From an uncultured Planctomycetaceae bacterium (GTDB taxonomy: Bacteria > Planctomycetota > Phycisphaerae > SM23-33), in assembly GCA_964642165.1 (NCBI GenBank), contig CAZXOC010000005.1, positions 771 to 64,770 of the forward strand: DNA of 64,000 nt, given 5' to 3'. The translations under genes and the position numbers were made by a program. The number at the start of each line of letters is the position of its first letter. Position 1 is the first letter of the stretch. Shown piece by piece: positions 27,409 to 38,100 of this stretch. The notes below the pieces were generated by a model, which saw only the letters and a program-made list of their open reading frames with translations, had not been told where the DNA came from and ran no database searches.

Positions 27409-28455
27409 ATGGCCACGTCGAGGATTGCCCCCGAGCACGCGGAAGTGAACCGCCTGGTCGCGGATCTCGGCATCCCGGCCGCCGGCAACCGGCTTGGCGT
27501 CGCGGCGATCCTCTACACGTATCGGTGCACGATCGCGTGCAGGCACTGCTGCTTCGGCAGTTGCGGTGCCCGCCCGGCCGTGCGGATGAACGCCGAGCAG
27601 GTTGTCGCGCACCTGCGCTCGCTGCACGAGTTGGGGCGGGTGGTCCACATTGCCGGCGGCGAGTGCATGATGTACTGGGACGAGCTTCGCACGGCCCTGG
27701 CCGCGGCGAAGGAAGCGGGCGTAACGCCCCATTTCATCGAGACGAACGGCTCCTTCGCCGACAGTGACGAGACGGTCCGTCGACGCATCGAAGAGCTCGC
27801 AGACCTGGGCGTCGTCGGCCTGCTGCTCAGCGCCGACCCGTACCATCAGACCTTCGTGCCGCCCGACAACGTGATCCGTCTGAGGCGGATCGCTCGGGAG
27901 ATGCTGGGGCCGCTGAACGTCTGGTGCACCGACGAGCCGGACGCGCGGATCGCCGAGTTCGCTCGGATCGCGCGCGGCGAGCAGTTGCTGCGGGACTACG
28001 TGCGGGCCAACCCGCCGATGCTGGTGGGCACGGCGCACAGGCGGCTCCGCAAGTTCCTGGACAGCTACCCGCTGAACGAGATGCCCTGCGACGTCGGCTG
28101 GCGGCGCGAACACACCGGCCGGGACTGCGCCGTGGAGTTTCGATGGGAGACCATGTGGGAGATCCACGTCGATCCCTACGACAGCATCCAGACCAACTGC
28201 GGCGTCATCCTCGGCAACGCCGCGCAAACCAGGTTGGCCGGCCTGGTCGAGCGCGGCCCGGAGAAGGCGAACGAGATCGTGCGTATCCTCGCTACCGAAG
28301 GCCCGTTCGGTCTGGCCGACTTCGCTCGGGACCGCCACGGCTTCGATCCGCCCGAGACGGCCTGCTCAAAGTGCGATCTGTGCTACACCACGCGGAAGTT
28401 CCTCCGGCCCTTCCATCCCGACATCCTGGGCCCGGAGGAAGTGTACGACCGCTGA
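27409..28455 (+). CDS. Radical SAM enzyme with C-terminal Cys-rich (auxiliary cluster?) region
   Basis: Starts 10 nt after the GH36-like stop. 'YTYRCTIACRHCCF' is CX3CX2C. 'VHIAGGECMMY' is GGE-type SAM contact. C-terminal 'TNCGVILG...ACSKCDLCYTTRKF'. No signal peptide. Confidence 0.85.
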   Translation: MATSRIAPEHAEVNRLVADLGIPAAGNRLGVAAILYTYRCTIACRHCCFGSCGARPAVRMNAEQVVAHLRSLHELGRVVHIAGGECMMYWDELRTALAAAKEAGVTPHFIETNGSFADSDETVRRRIEELADLGVVGLLLSADPYHQTFVPPDNVIRLRRIAREMLGPLNVWCTDEPDARIAEFARIARGEQLLRDYVRANPPMLVGTAHRRLRKFLDSYPLNEMPCDVGWRREHTGRDCAVEFRWETMWEIHVDPYDSIQTNCGVILGNAAQTRLAGLVERGPEKANEIVRILATEGPFGLADFARDRHGFDPPETACSKCDLCYTTRKFLRPFHPDILGPEEVYDR

Positions 28456-28482
28456 CGACGGCTGGAGCTTCCCTATCGGCGG

Positions 28483-29937
28483 CTACTTGACGCGCAGCAC
28501 GCGGGCCTCGACGGTGCGCTTATCGACGCCCCGGTCGATCTCGTAGACGACGAGCGTCCGGCCGTCCGGGCCGGCGGCGAGTGACGGTCGGCAGACGCTG
28601 ACGCCCGATGCCGAGTCGCCCGAGGCGAGAACGCGCGGGGAGGCGTCCGGGAACCGCCCGGCCTTGACGTCGAACAGCGCTGTGAGGACGGCGTAGTTCA
28701 GTTCGTTCGGCTTGCGCGGCGTCCGCCAGCCATAGTCCATGGCCAGGACGACGTGGCCTCCGTTCCATGCCGCGGCCCCCTGCCAGAACGCGAAATGCCC
28801 CTTGCCCTGGTGGTAGCCTCCCCCGCCGGAGGCCAAGAGCTTGTGCACGTCGAGCAGCATAGGCGGCTGGTCGGGTGCACGTACGTCGACGCGTTTGGGG
28901 ATCTGATCGCGGGGCCTGGCGGACCCATCCAGTCGCAGGCAGGCGAGGCGCGGGGCGGGCGTCCAGCCGGAGAGCCAATGATCAAACGCCGTCGCCCATC
29001 CGTCGGGCGTTGCGCAGGCGGCCAGGCGGGCCCGCGGCTCGCCGGACAACTGTACGGGGGGGGCGATCGGCGCGCACTTCCGCGGGTCGACCAGCAGCGC
29101 ATGGCCCGTGGTCCGGTTGGCGTGCACGTCACGGAGGAAAGTGACGAGGCAGGTCCGGCCGTTGCCGGCGACGCTCGGGCGGAACCGCGACGACAGGCGC
29201 TCCCACCAGTAATGTCGGTCGCCCAGCCAACTGCGGCCGGGAGGTCCGGCCTTGGCGACAGTGGCGGCATCCTCGGCGCCCAGGGCGCGCCCGTTGGGGT
29301 CGAGCACGTTGCCGTCGGGTTTGACGCGTGCGCCGTACAGGCCGTACACGGGGTACCGGCGTGCGTCCATCCACACGACGAGGTACTGCCCCGCCGCGAA
29401 GGCCACAGCAGGCCGGGCCTGGTTGCCGCCTCTTCGGGCCACAGGGAAGCCGTCCCTGTCGAGCACCTTGCCCCGCTGCGTCACACGAGCGGCGTAGACG
29501 TCGTAGTCCTTGCCGTTGCGCAGGTCCTGCCACACGACCAGGAAGTTCGTGCCGTCGAAGGCGACGGCCGACCACTCCTGTAAACCCGCCGCCGCGCAGA
29601 TGCGTATGCCGGCCGGGTCCAAGGTCCTCCCGGTCTGCCCATCGATGCGAGCACAGTAGATGTCGGCCGTGGGCCGGCCCACCTGGCGCGAGCCGTCACA
29701 CCACGCAACGAGGTAGACCTGCTTCCCGTAGGCGCACGACGCGAAGTGCTGGAGCCGGCGGCCGTCGCGTGCACACTTCGGCGCAACAGCGAACGGCGCG
29801 GAGGCTGTGAGTTCGCCGGCCTTCTCTGCCTTCGCCGAACCGGCCAGGCAGAGGGCCAGAATGCCCGTCATCCTGAAGGCACGATGAAGGCCCCGCCTGG
29901 CTGTCGAGGTCTGCGCTATCGGGCGAGGTGGGCTCAT
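28483..29937 (-). CDS. Secreted repeat protein (about six ~45-aa 'LVVW-D-R...D-Y-ARV' units; probable beta-propeller), function unknown
   Basis: ATG 29937 is 1 nt after the upstream gene's stop; an alternative start at 29871 gives 'MTGILALCLAGSAKA'. Repeats 'YLVAWCDGSRQVGRPTADIYCARI', 'FLVVWQDLRNGKDYDVYAARV', 'YLVVWMDARRYPVYGLYGARV'. Confidence 0.65.
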   Translation of the reverse strand: MSPPRPIAQTSTARRGLHRAFRMTGILALCLAGSAKAEKAGELTASAPFAVAPKCARDGRRLQHFASCAYGKQVYLVAWCDGSRQVGRPTADIYCARIDGQTGRTLDPAGIRICAAAGLQEWSAVAFDGTNFLVVWQDLRNGKDYDVYAARVTQRGKVLDRDGFPVARRGGNQARPAVAFAAGQYLVVWMDARRYPVYGLYGARVKPDGNVLDPNGRALGAEDAATVAKAGPPGRSWLGDRHYWWERLSSRFRPSVAGNGRTCLVTFLRDVHANRTTGHALLVDPRKCAPIAPPVQLSGEPRARLAACATPDGWATAFDHWLSGWTPAPRLACLRLDGSARPRDQIPKRVDVRAPDQPPMLLDVHKLLASGGGGYHQGKGHFAFWQGAAAWNGGHVVLAMDYGWRTPRKPNELNYAVLTALFDVKAGRFPDASPRVLASGDSASGVSVCRPSLAAGPDGRTLVVYEIDRGVDKRTVEARVLRVK

Positions 29938-29938
29938 G

Positions 29939-31120
29939 TCAGTCCTCCGACGCGAAAGTGAATCGGACCACCCAGCCGCCCCAACCGTAGTCCCCGGTGA
30001 AGGCGTAGAGGCGTCCATGGCTGTCGAGGCATTGGACGGCCGCCATATGCCGCCAGCGGTCGTCCTGCCGCCAGTTCGGCCGCTGGGGGCAGGGCCTGAA
30101 GTTCCCGTCGCGCCGGAGGGTAGCCACTCGGCCGCCGTGAATGCGCCGCGGGACCGACTCGTCGCCGCCGCACGTGTACATAACGGAAGCATCGGGGCTG
30201 TAGCAGATAAGCACCGTGTGGAAGCCGCTGGTCAGGAGCGTCGGCCCGTCCAGGCCGGGCATGATTCGCCCGATGCCCGCGACGCGCCGGGCCTTTCCGG
30301 TGCGCGTGTCGTAGCGGAGAAGGTCGGGGCCGCCGCCGGGCATCCAGTAGAAGACGCCGTCCGCCGTGATGTGAGACCCGCCCACGTGCCAGTCGCGAAT
30401 GGCCGTCCGCTTGCCGAGCTGCTTGCGAAGTTCCTCCGAGCCGGCCAGCAGCGTACCCTTGTCGTCCTTGAGCTGGTAGATGCCGCCATGGCTCGCGAAG
30501 TAGACGGAGCCGTTCGCACCCAGGGCGAACCGGGACGTGCACCCGACCTTCATCTGGAGCGCGGGAAGCCATTGGGATTCCTCGGGCATGCGGGTGCCAC
30601 CACCGGCGACCGTCGTCACCCACCACATTCCGTCGGGTCGACGGAAGATCTTGCGCAGGCGCCCGGCCTGCGCCTCGGAGACGAGCACGTTCCCCGAAGA
30701 GTCGCAGGCGATCCCGGCATCGCTGTAGCTGCCGACGCCGAAGTCGAACATGGCCTGGTCGGCCGGCCCGTCGCGCCAGCCCCGTGTGCCGTTGCCGGCG
30801 AGGATCCGGGCTTGACCATTGCGGACCCGAAAGAGGATGCTGTTGTTGACGTCGATCTGGTAGTACTCACCGCTTGGACCGAACGTGCCGGTGCTCTCTC
30901 CGTCCCAGGATTTCAGTGCTTCCAGAGCCGGCCCCCCCAGGCCCCCGTCCATCGACGCACGGAGGAACGCGAAGTGCTCGCAGCCCGTGACGCGACCGAC
31001 GGCCCGGTTGCGTTGCGGCCCCGAAGGCTCCGCCGGGACGACCGGCGGCACAGCCACGGAGAGCAGCGCCGCCGGGAGCAGCGCTGAGGCGACGAGGACA
31101 CTATGACCCTTGTTCCGCAT
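29939..31120 (-). CDS. Secreted NHL/SMP-30-like beta-propeller protein
   Basis: Signal 'MRNKGHSVLVASALLPAALLSVAVPP'. Blades 'GNVLVSEAQAGRLRKI', 'GSVYFASHGGIYQL'. The start overlaps the upstream gene's end by 20 nt. Confidence 0.7.
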   Translation of the reverse strand: MRNKGHSVLVASALLPAALLSVAVPPVVPAEPSGPQRNRAVGRVTGCEHFAFLRASMDGGLGGPALEALKSWDGESTGTFGPSGEYYQIDVNNSILFRVRNGQARILAGNGTRGWRDGPADQAMFDFGVGSYSDAGIACDSSGNVLVSEAQAGRLRKIFRRPDGMWWVTTVAGGGTRMPEESQWLPALQMKVGCTSRFALGANGSVYFASHGGIYQLKDDKGTLLAGSEELRKQLGKRTAIRDWHVGGSHITADGVFYWMPGGGPDLLRYDTRTGKARRVAGIGRIMPGLDGPTLLTSGFHTVLICYSPDASVMYTCGGDESVPRRIHGGRVATLRRDGNFRPCPQRPNWRQDDRWRHMAAVQCLDSHGRLYAFTGDYGWGGWVVRFTFASED

Positions 31121-33464
31121 TTGGGGATCCTCCCTGGTGGGTGAACTCGACGGTTGCGCCGCGGCCGCCGCTGGCCATCACGCGGTGGATGCGTACGTCG
31201 GTTGCTCCGGCCGGTGACTTGGCGGGCAGCCAGACGCGCGTTCTGCGAAGCGGGGCGACGTGGCGGAGGATGGTGGCATCGTCCACGCCGCCGGTGTCCC
31301 GCAGCGGGCCGGAGCCGAACTTCGACTTCGCCGGGTCCGGGTGGTCGCCGACGCTTTCCAGGAACGCGAAGCCCTTCGGGGCCACCTTCTTGTTGCTCGT
31401 GTTGATGTTGCAGCCGATCAGGCCGCCCCGCGCTGGGGGCTTGGCCTTGTTGACCCATACGGTCTCGGCGGTCGTGCCGGGCTGGTGTACCCAGAACTGG
31501 TTGTTCAGTGCCAGCACGCTTGCCTTCCCGCCGTCGCCCCGCAGCTCGAAGCGACAAGTCTGCTTCGTCCCCACGGGCAGGAGTATGCACGTGGCCAGCG
31601 TGAACAGGCCCTGGAAGTTGTCTGCCGCAATCGTTGGAGAATCGGCCGACGTGGCATAGGAGAACCGCGTGGCGTCGATCGAGAGCGTGCCGCTGTCCTT
31701 GAGATGCAGGCCGGTGACGGCGCCGGAGCTGCGCTCGTGGTAGACGCCGCGGACGACCAGCCGCCCGCCCCGTCGAACGTCGTACTGCCCCGCCGCCGAA
31801 CCGGTCGCGCCGGTAAAGACAGCCACGGTGCTCTTGGTCGCCGCGCCGCCGCCACGGCCGACAACGTCCACCCATGCCCCGCCGTGGCCGCTGCCTTGCA
31901 GTGCCCGCAGCAGCACGTTGGTCCCGCCGAGGCCGTTGACCCGCAGGGCGGCGGTCCGGCCGTGACGCTGGTCTCGGGCGCCGTTGGTGTTGAGCTGGTC
32001 GGCGAAGATCCGGCCGCCGGGCTGATCGGCGTTCTCGACGGCCAGCGCCCGCCCGTTCGGAGCATGGATGTAGAAGTCGCGCAGCGTCGCATGGCTCGGG
32101 CCCTTCAGCCGCAACACGACGCCACCGTCGGGCCCGGCCCAGTTCAGCCGCGTGGCCGTCTCGCCCGCACCGTCCCCCACGAGCCGCACGTCGCAGTTCG
32201 CAGGGATGACGAGCGTCTTGGCGATCCGGTACTTGCCCATCGGCAGATGGACAACCGGCCGTCGGCCGGTGAGTTTCGTGGCCTGGTTGACGGCCTTCTG
32301 GATGGCGTCTCCGCCCGCGCCGGCGGGAACGTCGAACACCTTGCGCTTGCGCCGGGGCGGCGTTGGTGGAAGCTCCGGCAACCGAACGGGGATGTCCTTT
32401 GCCGCGACGACGCGTTCGGCGATTCGCCGGAAGCGGCCGCGCTGCTCGACGGCGTCCTTCCTCGTATAGGTGTTCCCGACCAGCGTCTGGTCGGCCCAGG
32501 TCATCCGTACGCCGCGAGCCTTGCCCGAAAGCCGAAAGACATTGTCCACGACGAGGTAGGGTCCGGCGTTGGAGAGGATCACGGCCCAGTCACCCGTCGG
32601 GTCGAGGATGCGATTGCCCGTCAGACTCACTGGCGAGCCCCACGTGTGGCCCGTGCCGAAGTCGAAGAAGCACTTCGAGCCGACGCTCGTGTTGTTGACG
32701 ACGGAGAACGCCATCAGGTTCATCGCGCCGACGTCGGCGATGCGTGAGCGGAGGAACAGGTTCTGCCACGCGTGCCAGTTGCCCATGACGTTGTAGATGC
32801 CCCGGCCGCAGTCCTGGAAGAGGCAGTACCAGACCCAGATGTCCATCGAGTTCCAGTTGACCGTCTGGATGCCCGTATCGCAGCGAAGGAACCGGCAGCG
32901 AAGGACCTCGTTCTCGGCCTGGCCGTTCGTCTTGGGCCCGCCGAAGACGAGGCCCGCCTTCATGTCCCGGAAGGTGATATCACTGGTCTCGTTGTAGGTG
33001 GAGAACGCCGGGCCGTACCGCAGCCCCGCCGCCGCTCGGGAAGCTCCGTCGAAAGTGAGGCGGGAGATCTTCGAGTACCACGCGTCCCACTGGACCATAG
33101 TGCCGCCTTCGGCCCCCGCCCAACGCAGGACGGTGCGTTCGGGATCCTCGCCGACGACGGTCACGCCCTGGCAGTCGGTGTGGGCCTTGCGGACGGTCTT
33201 CACCGTGTCGGTCAGCCGGTAGGTCCCCGCGGGAATGTAAAGCACGCACGCCTTCTCGTGCTTGACGAGGTCGTCGAGCGCGCGCTGAAGCGCCTTGGTA
33301 TCGTCGGCCTTGCCGTCGCCGACTGCCCCGTAGTGGCGTTTCAGATCGCGCCAACTCGGGAATGGCCCGACGAACTCCTCGTCGCCGGTCTCGGCGGACG
33401 CCTGCGGGGCAGAAAGAAGGAGCGTCCCGGCGACCACGATCAGCTTGATGAAATGGCGGTTCAT
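31101..33464 (-). CDS. Secreted double right-handed beta-helix protein (pectate-lyase-3 / GH55-like)
   Basis: ATG 33464 (or 33473) lies inside track ORF 31101..35414. Signal 'MNRHFIKLIVVAGTLLLSAPQASA'. 'YGAVGDGKADDTKALQRALD' plus a second module 'GGDAIQKAVNQA...VVHLPMGKYRI'. Confidence 0.8.
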   Translation of the reverse strand: MNRHFIKLIVVAGTLLLSAPQASAETGDEEFVGPFPSWRDLKRHYGAVGDGKADDTKALQRALDDLVKHEKACVLYIPAGTYRLTDTVKTVRKAHTDCQGVTVVGEDPERTVLRWAGAEGGTMVQWDAWYSKISRLTFDGASRAAAGLRYGPAFSTYNETSDITFRDMKAGLVFGGPKTNGQAENEVLRCRFLRCDTGIQTVNWNSMDIWVWYCLFQDCGRGIYNVMGNWHAWQNLFLRSRIADVGAMNLMAFSVVNNTSVGSKCFFDFGTGHTWGSPVSLTGNRILDPTGDWAVILSNAGPYLVVDNVFRLSGKARGVRMTWADQTLVGNTYTRKDAVEQRGRFRRIAERVVAAKDIPVRLPELPPTPPRRKRKVFDVPAGAGGDAIQKAVNQATKLTGRRPVVHLPMGKYRIAKTLVIPANCDVRLVGDGAGETATRLNWAGPDGGVVLRLKGPSHATLRDFYIHAPNGRALAVENADQPGGRIFADQLNTNGARDQRHGRTAALRVNGLGGTNVLLRALQGSGHGGAWVDVVGRGGGAATKSTVAVFTGATGSAAGQYDVRRGGRLVVRGVYHERSSGAVTGLHLKDSGTLSIDATRFSYATSADSPTIAADNFQGLFTLATCILLPVGTKQTCRFELRGDGGKASVLALNNQFWVHQPGTTAETVWVNKAKPPARGGLIGCNINTSNKKVAPKGFAFLESVGDHPDPAKSKFGSGPLRDTGGVDDATILRHVAPLRRTRVWLPAKSPAGATDVRIHRVMASGGRGATVEFTHQGGSPNAEQGS

Positions 33465-33626
33465 GTCAGTCATCCGAGGCCTGCTTGAGCACGGCTGAAA
33501 GGCTGGCGGGGGGGGGCTCGCGTCGCCGCCCGGCTTCTGTCCGTTGCCACCAGCGAATCGAGAGGTATATAGTACCGTGTTCGGCGTGAGATTCCACAAG
33601 CAGCACGATCGAGAGGCGCCGGTCTC

Positions 33627-35078
33627 GTGATCCGCCGATCCATCGAGATCCCGATTCGCTGGCTGGCCCTGACGGGCATTGCGGTGGGCGGCGCTGTCTT
33701 CGCCGGCTCCGCCCGCGCCGAAGGGCCCGTCGACGTGCGGATCGACTGCTCCCGGAGAATGGGTGAGGTCCGCGCGCTGCACGGCGTCAACAACGGCCCG
33801 GTCAACTACGGCGAGACGATCGACCTGTCGGCCTACTACCGGCGGGCGGCGTTCCCTCTGGTGCGGCTGCACGACAGTGAATGGCCGAATCCCGACGTGG
33901 TGGACATGCACGCGGTGTTCCCGGACCTTCGGGCCGACCCCAACCGCCCGGAGAGCTACCGCTTCGGACGCACGGACGACTACGTCAAGGCGATCGTCGA
34001 CAGCGGAGGCGGGATCGTCTATCGCCTGGGCGAGAGCATCGAGACGACCCGCCGGAAGGTCCACGTCAACCCGCCGGCCGACTGCCGCAGGTGGGCCGAG
34101 GCCTGCGTGGGGATCATCCGCCACTACAACGAAGGATGGGCCGAGGGCTTCCGGTACAAGATCCGCTACTGGGAGATCTGGAACGAGCCGGAGAACCGCC
34201 CGAACATGTGGACGGGAACGGACGAGGACTACTACCGCCTGTACGCCACGGCCGCCAGGCGCATCAAGGGGCGCTTCCCGAGTCTCATGGTGGGCGGCCC
34301 CTCGACGGGCTCGATCGGCGAGGTGAAGGACGGGCGTCTGCTGCCGACGTCGTTCCTGAAAGGCTTCATCGGCCACTGCAAGAAGCATCGAGCGCCGCTG
34401 GACTTCTTCTCGTGGCATACGTATTCGGACGATCCGTACGTCTTCGCCCTCAAGGCCCGCGCCGTGCGCAGGTACCTCGACGAGCAGGGGTACAGGAAGA
34501 CGGAGAACCACCTCAACGAGTGGAACTACCTGCCCGACAACGACTGGCGCCCGATCAGCGTCGCCGGCCAGGGCATCACGCGCCAGCGATGGTACGCCCG
34601 GCAGGGCGGGGCGGAAGGCGCGGCCTTCCTGGCCTGTGGGTTGATGCACCTCCAGGACAGCCCCGTGGACGTGGCGAACTACTACCGCGGCGACGCGAAC
34701 CCGTTCGGCCTGTTCAACTGGCACGGCGTGCCGAAGAAGACCTATCACGCCATGCGGGCCTTCCGGATGCTGCTGGAGACGCCGCTGCGCGTCAAGGCGT
34801 CGGGCGGACAGCCGGGACACCTCGCCGTCTGTGCCGGGGTCAACAAGGACCGGACGGCGCTGACGGTGCTGATCGGCAACTTCCGGCATCAGGCACGCAC
34901 GCTGGACCTGCGGATCGCCCCGGTCCCCTGGCAGGGCACCGCGCGATGGGAACTGCGGCGGCTGGACTCGGGGAAGGACCTCGAGCCGGTCCGATCCGGC
35001 GCCATGCCGGGACGGCAGCTTCGCCTCGATGCGAAATGCCCGGCGCCATGCGTGATCGTCATCAAGGTGAACAAGTGA
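33627..35078 (+). CDS. Secreted GH39-like (clan GH-A) TIM-barrel glycoside hydrolase
   Basis: GTG 33627. Signal 'LALTGIAVGGAVFAGSARA'. 'VRLHDSEW', 'YWEIWNEPEN', 'FFSWHTY'. Confidence 0.8.
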   Translation: MIRRSIEIPIRWLALTGIAVGGAVFAGSARAEGPVDVRIDCSRRMGEVRALHGVNNGPVNYGETIDLSAYYRRAAFPLVRLHDSEWPNPDVVDMHAVFPDLRADPNRPESYRFGRTDDYVKAIVDSGGGIVYRLGESIETTRRKVHVNPPADCRRWAEACVGIIRHYNEGWAEGFRYKIRYWEIWNEPENRPNMWTGTDEDYYRLYATAARRIKGRFPSLMVGGPSTGSIGEVKDGRLLPTSFLKGFIGHCKKHRAPLDFFSWHTYSDDPYVFALKARAVRRYLDEQGYRKTENHLNEWNYLPDNDWRPISVAGQGITRQRWYARQGGAEGAAFLACGLMHLQDSPVDVANYYRGDANPFGLFNWHGVPKKTYHAMRAFRMLLETPLRVKASGGQPGHLAVCAGVNKDRTALTVLIGNFRHQARTLDLRIAPVPWQGTARWELRRLDSGKDLEPVRSGAMPGRQLRLDAKCPAPCVIVIKVNK

Positions 35079-35130
35079 GGGTCGTGTTCCCGGCGCCCGG
35101 GAAGGGCGCCGATCACCGAAGGAGTCCGGG

Positions 35131-38100
35131 ATGCAGAGCCGTGTATGCTGTCTGGTCTGTGGCGTGGTGTTCCTGTCGTGCCTGGCGCCGGCGAATGCTA
35201 CCGTAACGGAGAACCTCAACCTGGAGGTCCTGCCCGCGCCGGGGCCGGTGAGGGTGGACGGATCGGCCGGGGAGTGGGATCTGTCCGGCGGCATCTTCGC
35301 CTGCGGAGACGTCGAGCACGCCGCCGGCAGCTTCGCCGTCTGGTTCCACGCCATGTTCGACGCCAAGCATCTGTACCTGCTGGCCCGTTGGGTTGACGAG
35401 ACCCCTATGAACAACCCGGGCAGCTCGAAGGGCGACTATGGCTTCAAGGGCGACTGCCTTCAGGTCCGCGTCGTCACCGCGCCGGACGTGACGGCCCCCG
35501 CTGTGGCCCGCGCCGGGCAACGCGACAACGATGCTCCGAAGGCCCGCACAACACACCTGACCTGCTGGCGGGACAAGGACGGCCTGGACGTGATCGACGT
35601 CGCGTACGGCCGGCGTTTCAACGAGGGCGCCCTGAAGAACGCCAAGGACAAAGGCGCCGAGCAGGCCTTCACCGTATGGCCGGACCGCAAGGGCTACACG
35701 CAGGAAATCGCCATGCCATGGGCCTTGCTGACCAAGCCGGGCATGCGGATGGAGGCCGGCGCCCGGCTGATGCTGACCATCGAGCCGAACTTCACCATCG
35801 GCACGGGCGGGCGGCTGAGCATCAAGGACCTCTTCAAGCCGGGCGTGCCCATCGACCGCGTCTTCACGTTCACGGGCAACCGGTGCTGGGGGTATGCGAC
35901 GCTGGCCGCCAAGGGGAAGGTCCCGCCGCGCCCCGTCCGGCTGGCGGACGGGCGGGAGTTCGCCGTGCGATTCGAGAAGGGCCTGCCGGTGATCGACTGG
36001 ACCGGCCTGGTCACCAGCCGCATGCCGCAGGGCTTCAAGACGATCCGCTTCTCCCTGCCGGAGAACGCTTACGTCAGCCTGAACGTCTTCGCCCCCGACG
36101 GCACGGTCGCCAGGCAACTGCTGACGTGCCACCGGCTGACCAAGGGCGACCACGACGTCCTGTGGGACGGGCTGACGATGATGTCCGTCCGCCGGCCGGG
36201 TCGGGTGCTGCCGGTTGGAGAGTACACGTGGGAAGGCTTCTATCACACCGGCATCGGCCTGCGCCTGCGCGGTTGGGCGGGCAACAGCGGGCCGGCGCCG
36301 TGGCGAGGCTGGGGGGCCGATCACGGCAACCCGAAGGCGTGCGCGGCCGCCGGCGATCAGGTGTACGTCGGCTGGGGCGGAGGCGAGGGCGACAAGCCGC
36401 TGCTGGCCTGCGACCTCGACGGGAAGATCCAGTGGAAGAACATCCGCGGCGGCATCGCCAGCGCCGCCCCCGTCGCCGCGGACGGCAAGACGGTCTACGC
36501 CTTCAACAGTATCGGCCAGTACGTCGCGAAGGCCGTCTACCGGCTCGACGCCCGGACGGGCCAATACACCGAGTGGAGCGCGCGCAAGAGCACCGACCTG
36601 ACCATGAAGGACCTGTGGGAGGGCGAGAAGGAGATCCCCGACAGCCCCAGCGGCCTGGCGGCGGCGGGTGGGAAGGTCTTCATGAGCTTCTCGGGCAAGG
36701 ACGCCGTGGTGGTCGTGGACGCCGCGACGGGCAGGATCGACAAGGGGCTGAAGATTGACAAGCCCGGCGATCTGGAGGCCGTCTCGGCCGAGCGTGTCTT
36801 CGTCGTCTCCGGGGGCGTCAAGGTCGTGTCGGCGGACGTCAGGACGGGCGCGGTCGCGGCGGCCGCCCGGCCGGTCCTGAAAGGCAAGGACTGGGTCTCC
36901 GCACTGGCGGGTGACAAGACGGGGAACCTGTACTTGGGTATTCGGGGCGACCATCACCACGTCCAGGTCTTTGGCGCGGACGGCAAGCCCCTTCGGCGGA
37001 TCGGTCGCAAGGCCGGGCGAGCGCCGAACGGGCCCTGGACACCCGACGGCATGCTGAACGTCAGCGGCTTGGCCGTGGACTCAAAGGGACAGCTTTGGGT
37101 GGCGGAGGACGACGGGTCGCCCCGCCGCGTCAGCGTTTGGGACACCCGGACCGGTGCGTTCCGGAAGGAGCTGTTCGGCGCCTCGTCGTACGGGGCAACC
37201 GGGGCGGCCATCAATCCGGTGGACCCGTACCTGATGGTGGGCCAGGGCTGCGAGTGGCGCATCGACCCCAAGACCGGGCGTGCGACGTGCCTCGGGACGA
37301 TCACGCGCGAGGGCATGAGCGCGTCGCGGTTCGGCTTCGGCAGCGGCGGGCGGCTCTACCTGGCCGTGACGTCGGGGTTCCTCCACGGGGCCAAGCCCGT
37401 GCGGATCTACGAGCGGCTGGGCGACGCCCGGTACAAGCTGCGGACGATACTCCACCCGCCGGAGGGCAAAGGCAAGCCGGTGCGCATCTGGTCGGACGAG
37501 AACGACGACGCGCGCGAGCAGCCCGCGGAGGTCAGGGCCTTCGACATCGACCTCGGCGCATGGATCCAGGGCTGGTACATGCCGATGGCGCCCGACCTGT
37601 CGTTCTACGGCACGCGGTACAGGGTCGCAGTGACGGGGTTCACGTCGTGCGGCGCCCCGCGGTACGACCTGTCCAAGGCCGTCAAGCTTCCCGGGCCTAA
37701 GGAGGGCCGAGGCGGTATGGGTGCACAACTGGGTCACGGATCGGCGGACGGGCGCTTCATGCTCTACAACGCCGGCTACGGCCTGGACCACAGCACGATG
37801 GACTGCTACGACGTCGTCGCCGGGCGACTGCTGTGGACGTATCCGAGCAACTTCACCGGCGTGCACGGCTCGCACAGGGCGTGCCCCGCCAAGGTGGGGA
37901 TGCTCCGCGGGGCATACGACATCGTCGGTGCGGCCAAGCTGCCGCCGCCGATCGGGAACATCTGGGTCGTGCCCACCAACAAGGGCGAGTGGCACGTCCT
38001 GACGGAGAAGGGCTTCTACCTGACGCGCCTGTTCGAGGGCGACCCGATGAAGAACGTCTACCCCGACCGGCCCGTGCCCGGCGCCGTCCTCGACACCTGT

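Noticed and set aside
35087-35103. Hairpin TTCCCGG-CGC-CCGGGAA after the GH39-like gene as an intrinsic terminator
   Set aside because: It has only a 7-bp stem and no downstream T-run. The next gene starts 28 nt later with its own RBS, so read-through or co-transcription is more likely.
31101-35414. Track ORF 31101..35414 taken at face value as a 1437-aa protein
   Set aside because: Only the C-terminal 788 aa (from ATG 33464, with a signal peptide) look real. The upstream 650 aa are antisense to the GH39-like gene 33627-35078 and to the start of the 35131 gene.
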